NCBI GenBank assembly: GCA_004297215.1
Contig: SCUM01000001.1
Coordinates: 742,716-806,715 of the forward strand
DNA length: 64,000 bases
DNA from: Patescibacteria group bacterium
GTDB taxonomy: Bacteria > Patescibacteriota > Patescibacteriia > UBA9934 > GWF2-40-263
Direction: 5' to 3'
Below are positions 59,686-64,000 of the stretch, one piece after another. The notes beneath the pieces were generated by a model, which saw nothing but the letters and a program-made list of their open reading frames with translations, did no database searches and was not told the DNA's origin. Positions within the stretch are counted from its first letter, which is position 1. The number at the start of each line of letters is the position of its first letter. A program made the position numbers and the translations under genes.

Positions 59686-60597
59686 ATGGGTTCGCCGTTC
59701 CGTCTTGTCCGCGTCGACCTCGGGGCCGCCAAGGCGCGCATTCCCGTTTCCGAGTTCGGTTCGGGCACGGGAAAACGTTTCCTGGTGACCGCCGGCATGG
59801 ACGGGGACGAATACGCCGGCATCGAAGCCGCCTATGCCCTGGCCCAACGCCTGGACACGGAGGAAATCCAAGGTCGCGTCACGGTGATCCCTATCGTAAA
59901 CGTTCCTGGGTTCGAAAGCGAGACGAGCGCGAATCCCCTGGACGGACGGCTCCCGAAAGCGTTTTTTCCAGGAAAGGCGACAGGGACGCCGACGGAGCGA
60001 CTCGTTGACTGGTTGGCCCGGACCTATGCGCTTCAGGCCGACGCGTGGCTGGATCTGCACGACGGGGCGTTCGCCGAACGGCTGCGTCCGTTCGTGTGGA
60101 CCTGGGAGACGGGAGCGGCCGCGGCCGACGCGTTCACGGCCGCATGCCTTGCCAAGCTCCCTTGCGAACGGTTTGTCCGCGAGAAGGCCGCGCGCGGCTC
60201 CAAGCCGTCCCGCCTTGCCGAGGTCGGGTGCGCGTATGTCCTGTCCGAATCCGGGGAGCGGGGGAGGCGCGATCCCGAGGCGATCGCACGGCACCTCTGC
60301 GTCGCGGAGGGGATCATGGCGATCCTGGGCCTGTCGCGCACCCCGACCCCCGATCCCCGACCCCTGACGCCAAGGACCTTCAGGCGCCTGTCCTATCTTT
60401 CGGCTCCCGCGGACGGCCTCTGGCGTCCGGTCCCCCTGTCAGGGACCCTGAGAAAGGGAGACCTGCTTGGCCATGCCGTCTCCGTCGACGGAAAGGCCCG
60501 CCCGCTGCGCTCTCCGGCGACCGGCGTCCCGCTGTGGTGGAAGGAAACGATGCGCATGCGTAAGGGAGAGGTGTTGTGCGCGATCGGCGTTGAGTAG
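59686..60597 (+). CDS. Succinylglutamate desuccinylase/aspartoacylase-like (M14-related) protein, possibly non-catalytic
   Basis: FLVTAGMDGDEYAGIEAAYALAQ and VIPIVNVPGFE match the AstE/AspA family arrangement. The usual His of HGxE appears replaced (MDGDE). Confidence 0.5.
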   Translation: MGSPFRLVRVDLGAAKARIPVSEFGSGTGKRFLVTAGMDGDEYAGIEAAYALAQRLDTEEIQGRVTVIPIVNVPGFESETSANPLDGRLPKAFFPGKATGTPTERLVDWLARTYALQADAWLDLHDGAFAERLRPFVWTWETGAAAADAFTAACLAKLPCERFVREKAARGSKPSRLAEVGCAYVLSESGERGRRDPEAIARHLCVAEGIMAILGLSRTPTPDPRPLTPRTFRRLSYLSAPADGLWRPVPLSGTLRKGDLLGHAVSVDGKARPLRSPATGVPLWWKETMRMRKGEVLCAIGVE

Positions 60598-60634
60598 CAA
60601 AGCCGGCCCCTGCGGGCCGGCTTTGGTCCGTGTC

Positions 60635-61702
<1,068 letters not shown>

Positions 61703-61790
61703 AAGGGGGAGGGGGTAGGGGGTAGGTGGTAGTGGGTAGGGAACGGCTAGTAGCCTAGCAGACGGGTAGGGGCGCGCAAGCGGAAAAAAG

Positions 61791-61920
61791 GACCAAGGCC
61801 GAAAGGCTTTGAAAGGACCAAAGACGACGTGAAAGGATTAAAGGATGTAAAAATAAAGGCTTTTAAAGCCTTCGTCTTTTTCCTTTTAATCTTTCACGTC
61901 TCCGTTGGTCCTTGGCCCTT
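61791..61920. repeat. 130-bp palindromic element (copy 2), terminator downstream of the rodZ-like gene
   Basis: GGACCAAGGCCGAAAGGCTTTGAAAGGACCAAAGACGACGTGAAAGGATT...GCTTTTAAAGCCTTCGTCTTT...CTTTCACGTCTCCGTTGGTCCTTGGCCC. About 80% identical to 3583-3712. Confidence 0.8.
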
Positions 61921-62629
61921 AGATCCTCGGTTCTTCTCGTACGGCATCTGCCGTCTTTTCGCCTTCTTGGTCCAGGATCACGCGGCGGTAGAGCGAAGCG
62001 GTCTTGGAATACCGCTTGGCCCCCTCTACGGTTATGACGTTCAGCCCGCGCTCGAGCATCACGTCGGTCGCGAACGTCCCGTCGTCTTGCAGGAGCATGT
62101 GCACCCCGTTCACCAGCACCTTGGCGTCCGGATCGGCCTCGCCCGAAACGCGCACGCTCGCCTCATCGGTGGTGAATCCGTCCGAGGGCGAGGAGAGGGC
62201 GATGTCCGGGGCCGACACGATCCGGCGGACTTCGAGGCCGAGGTAGCCGCATAAGGCGAGCGCCACCGCCGCGAACCCTGCCGCCTTGAGGAGACGGCTT
62301 CCCACGAAGAGCTGCCTCGCGCTGGTGCGGCCGATGGGAAGCCGGGTGGCGCCGAGGAAATCGCAGGTGCCGCGTTCGGCATCGAAGCGGTGCAGGAAGT
62401 ATTCCGGGTCGCCGCCGAGCGCTTTGGCGTACACCTTGAGGTATTGGCGGGCGTAGAGCGGGGCAGGGAGCTTGTCGTGGGCGTCTTTCTCGATCGCGTC
62501 AAGGACCGTCTTCGGGATCTTGGTCTTCGCGGCGAGTTCGGACAGCGTCCAGCCAACCGCCTTGCGCATCGCGTGCAAGGTGGCCCCAACGGTCCCGTTC
62601 TCATTGAGTTTTCGGATGACGAAACTCAT
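61919..62629 (-). CDS. RodZ-like membrane protein with N-terminal XRE-type HTH
   Basis: 236 aa. HTH ..AVGWTLSELAAKTKIPKTVLDAIEKD.., single TM (AAGFAAVALALCGYLGL), extracytoplasmic C-domain. Immediately downstream of ftsK. Confidence 0.55.
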   Translation of the reverse strand: MSFVIRKLNENGTVGATLHAMRKAVGWTLSELAAKTKIPKTVLDAIEKDAHDKLPAPLYARQYLKVYAKALGGDPEYFLHRFDAERGTCDFLGATRLPIGRTSARQLFVGSRLLKAAGFAAVALALCGYLGLEVRRIVSAPDIALSSPSDGFTTDEASVRVSGEADPDAKVLVNGVHMLLQDDGTFATDVMLERGLNVITVEGAKRYSKTASLYRRVILDQEGEKTADAVREEPRI

Positions 62630-62640
62630 GCCCCGATCGG

Positions 62641-64000
62641 CTACTCCTTCTTATTCTGCTCCTCTTCCCCCTCTTCTACAACCGTTGTGCCGTCCCCGTC
62701 TTCCTCCCCTCCGTCTTCATCGCTTTCCTCTTCGGAAGGTTCCTCCGCGTCCGCCTTCTCAAGCTCCGTCTCGACCTCCCCGCCCGGGGGCCATTCGTCG
62801 ATCAGGATTTCCCGCGGCTTGGCCCCTTCGCCCGCGCCGATCACCCCGCGTTCTTCCATGAGGTCCATGATGCGGGCCGCCCGGCCGTAGCCCACCTTGA
62901 GCCGGCGTTGCAGCAGGGAGGTGGACGCCTTTCCGGATTGCAGGACCACCGCGACCGCGTCGTCGAGCAGCGGGTCGTCGTCGCCCTCGCCGTCGAAGGC
63001 GCTTCCTCCGCCCGGGGCGGGCTTCGTGATCGCCATGTTGTAATCCGGGACCCCCTGTTTCTTGAGGAACGCCACCACCCTGGCGCACTCGTCTTCGGAC
63101 ACGTACGCCCCCTGCAGGCGCCTGGGCTTGGACAGTTCGGCGCAGGTGAACAGCATGTCGCCGCGCCCGAGCAGCTTCTCGGCCCCGGAGGCGTCGAGGA
63201 TGGTGCGCGAGTCCATCTGGGAGGCCACGGCGAAGGCCACGCGCGCCGGGACGTTGGCCTTGATGAGCCCGGTGATCACGTCCACGCTCGGCCGCTGGGT
63301 GGCGAGCAGGAGGTGGATGCCCACGGCGCGCGCCATCTGGGCGATGCGCACCACGAGCGCTTCCACCTCGCGGCCGCTGGTCTGCATGAGGTCGGCCAGC
63401 TCGTCGATGATCACCACGACCTTGGGCATCTTCTCCTCCGTCCTGGCGTTGAAGGAAGCGATGTCGCGCGCGCCGAACTTCGCGAGCACGTCGAGGCGGC
63501 GGTCCATCTCGCGCACGGTCCACTTGAGCGCGTTCACGGTGTCCTCGCCCTTGGTGATGGGCGGGACCAGCAGGTGCGGGATCCCTTCGTAGATCCCCAT
63601 CTCGACGCGCTTGGGGTCCACGAGGATGAGCTTGAGGTCGTCCGGCCCGTTCTCGTACAAGAGCGAGATGATGAAGGTGTTGAGCGCGACCGACTTGCCC
63701 GAGCCCGTGGCGCCGGCCACCAGCATGTGCGGCATCTTGTCGAGCGCGACCACCGAGACGTTGCCGGACACGTCCTTCCCGAGCGGGAGCGCGAGGTTGG
63801 AGGCGCGGGCCTGGAACGGGCGGCTTTCCAGGAGTTCCCGCAGCGAGACCGTGGCCACGGTCTGGTTGGGCACCTCGATGCCCACCAGCGCCTTGCCCGG
63901 GATGGGCGCTTCGATGCGGATCGGGTGGGCGGCGAGCGCGAGCGCCAGGTCGTTCGTGAGCCCGACGATGCGCGCGAGCTTCACCCCCTGGGCCGGCCGG
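62641..64000 (-). CDS. ftsK: DNA translocase FtsK/SpoIIIE, C-terminal motor + gamma domain (N-terminus beyond window)
   Basis: Walker A VAGATGSGKSVALNT, ..LLLATQRPSVDVITGLIKANVPARVAF.., winged-helix gamma domain SGKASTSLLQRRLKVGYGRAARIMD. The ORF is open at the window end. Confidence 0.92.
   Translation of the reverse strand, partial: RPAQGVKLARIVGLTNDLALALAAHPIRIEAPIPGKALVGIEVPNQTVATVSLRELLESRPFQARASNLALPLGKDVSGNVSVVALDKMPHMLVAGATGSGKSVALNTFIISLLYENGPDDLKLILVDPKRVEMGIYEGIPHLLVPPITKGEDTVNALKWTVREMDRRLDVLAKFGARDIASFNARTEEKMPKVVVIIDELADLMQTSGREVEALVVRIAQMARAVGIHLLLATQRPSVDVITGLIKANVPARVAFAVASQMDSRTILDASGAEKLLGRGDMLFTCAELSKPRRLQGAYVSEDECARVVAFLKKQGVPDYNMAITKPAPGGGSAFDGEGDDDPLLDDAVAVVLQSGKASTSLLQRRLKVGYGRAARIMDLMEERGVIGAGEGAKPREILIDEWPPGGEVETELEKADAEEPSEEESDEDGGEEDGDGTTVVEEGEEEQNKKE

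Noticed and set aside
61703-61790. G-rich GGTAGGGG repeats upstream of recA as a regulatory, G-quadruplex or SOS box
   Set aside because: No LexA-type palindrome (CTGT-N8-ACAG or GAAC-N4-GTTC) is evident. The simple G-run repeats could be compositional, so not called.

Overview
This is a high-GC (~65%) bacterial window that uses the standard genetic code; TGA, TAG and TAA all terminate well-supported genes. Many genes lack Shine-Dalgarno sequences or are leaderless. Coordinates from my hand indexing may be off by 1-2 nt.

Housekeeping genes: polA (5' partial), holA, rpsT, rmuC, a tRNA cluster (Arg-CCU, Ala-CGC plus a disrupted Ala-like copy), tRNA-Ala(GGC), ychF, a UPF0020-type RNA methyltransferase, the rpsF-ssb-rpsR operon, epmA next to efp, two PLP-dependent enzymes, an M14-like protein, recA, a RodZ-like gene and ftsK (partial).

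Most of the window (about 6.0-30.0 kb and 32.7-53.4 kb) is taken up by two paralogous cell-surface gene clusters. Each encodes small secreted subunit-like proteins with a conserved C-terminal strand (...TFIATGNY), a PapD/DUF916-like beta-sandwich protein held in the membrane by a C-terminal transmembrane helix, and giant repeat-rich surface proteins of 2482, 2814 and 4299 aa. Accessory genes are a Wzy_C-like/TPR membrane protein, a dockerin-bearing protein, and Ig-like/FN3 proteins carrying a recurrent C-terminal membrane module (TM, basic loop, TM, then a carboxypeptidase-regulatory-like domain). The giant genes share blocks of near-identical DNA, both between paralogs and within single genes, which makes them mosaic and prone to recombination. 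I propose the two loci as a candidate undescribed surface fibre/adhesin assembly system.

The window also carries at least six families of short palindromic repeats. One composite family occurs upstream of each giant gene and is inserted in frame inside polA, ssb and epmA, in the manner of Rickettsia palindromic elements. A 130-bp palindrome acts as a terminator at two places. Hairpins built from ACTACGY heptamers bracket both a four-helix-bundle (23S-IVS-type) gene and ssb. A tRNA-Ala copy is disrupted by palindromic insertions. An in-frame TAG splits an Ig-like domain. A roughly 300-nt non-coding interval holds a possible small RNA with a tRNA-like 3' end.
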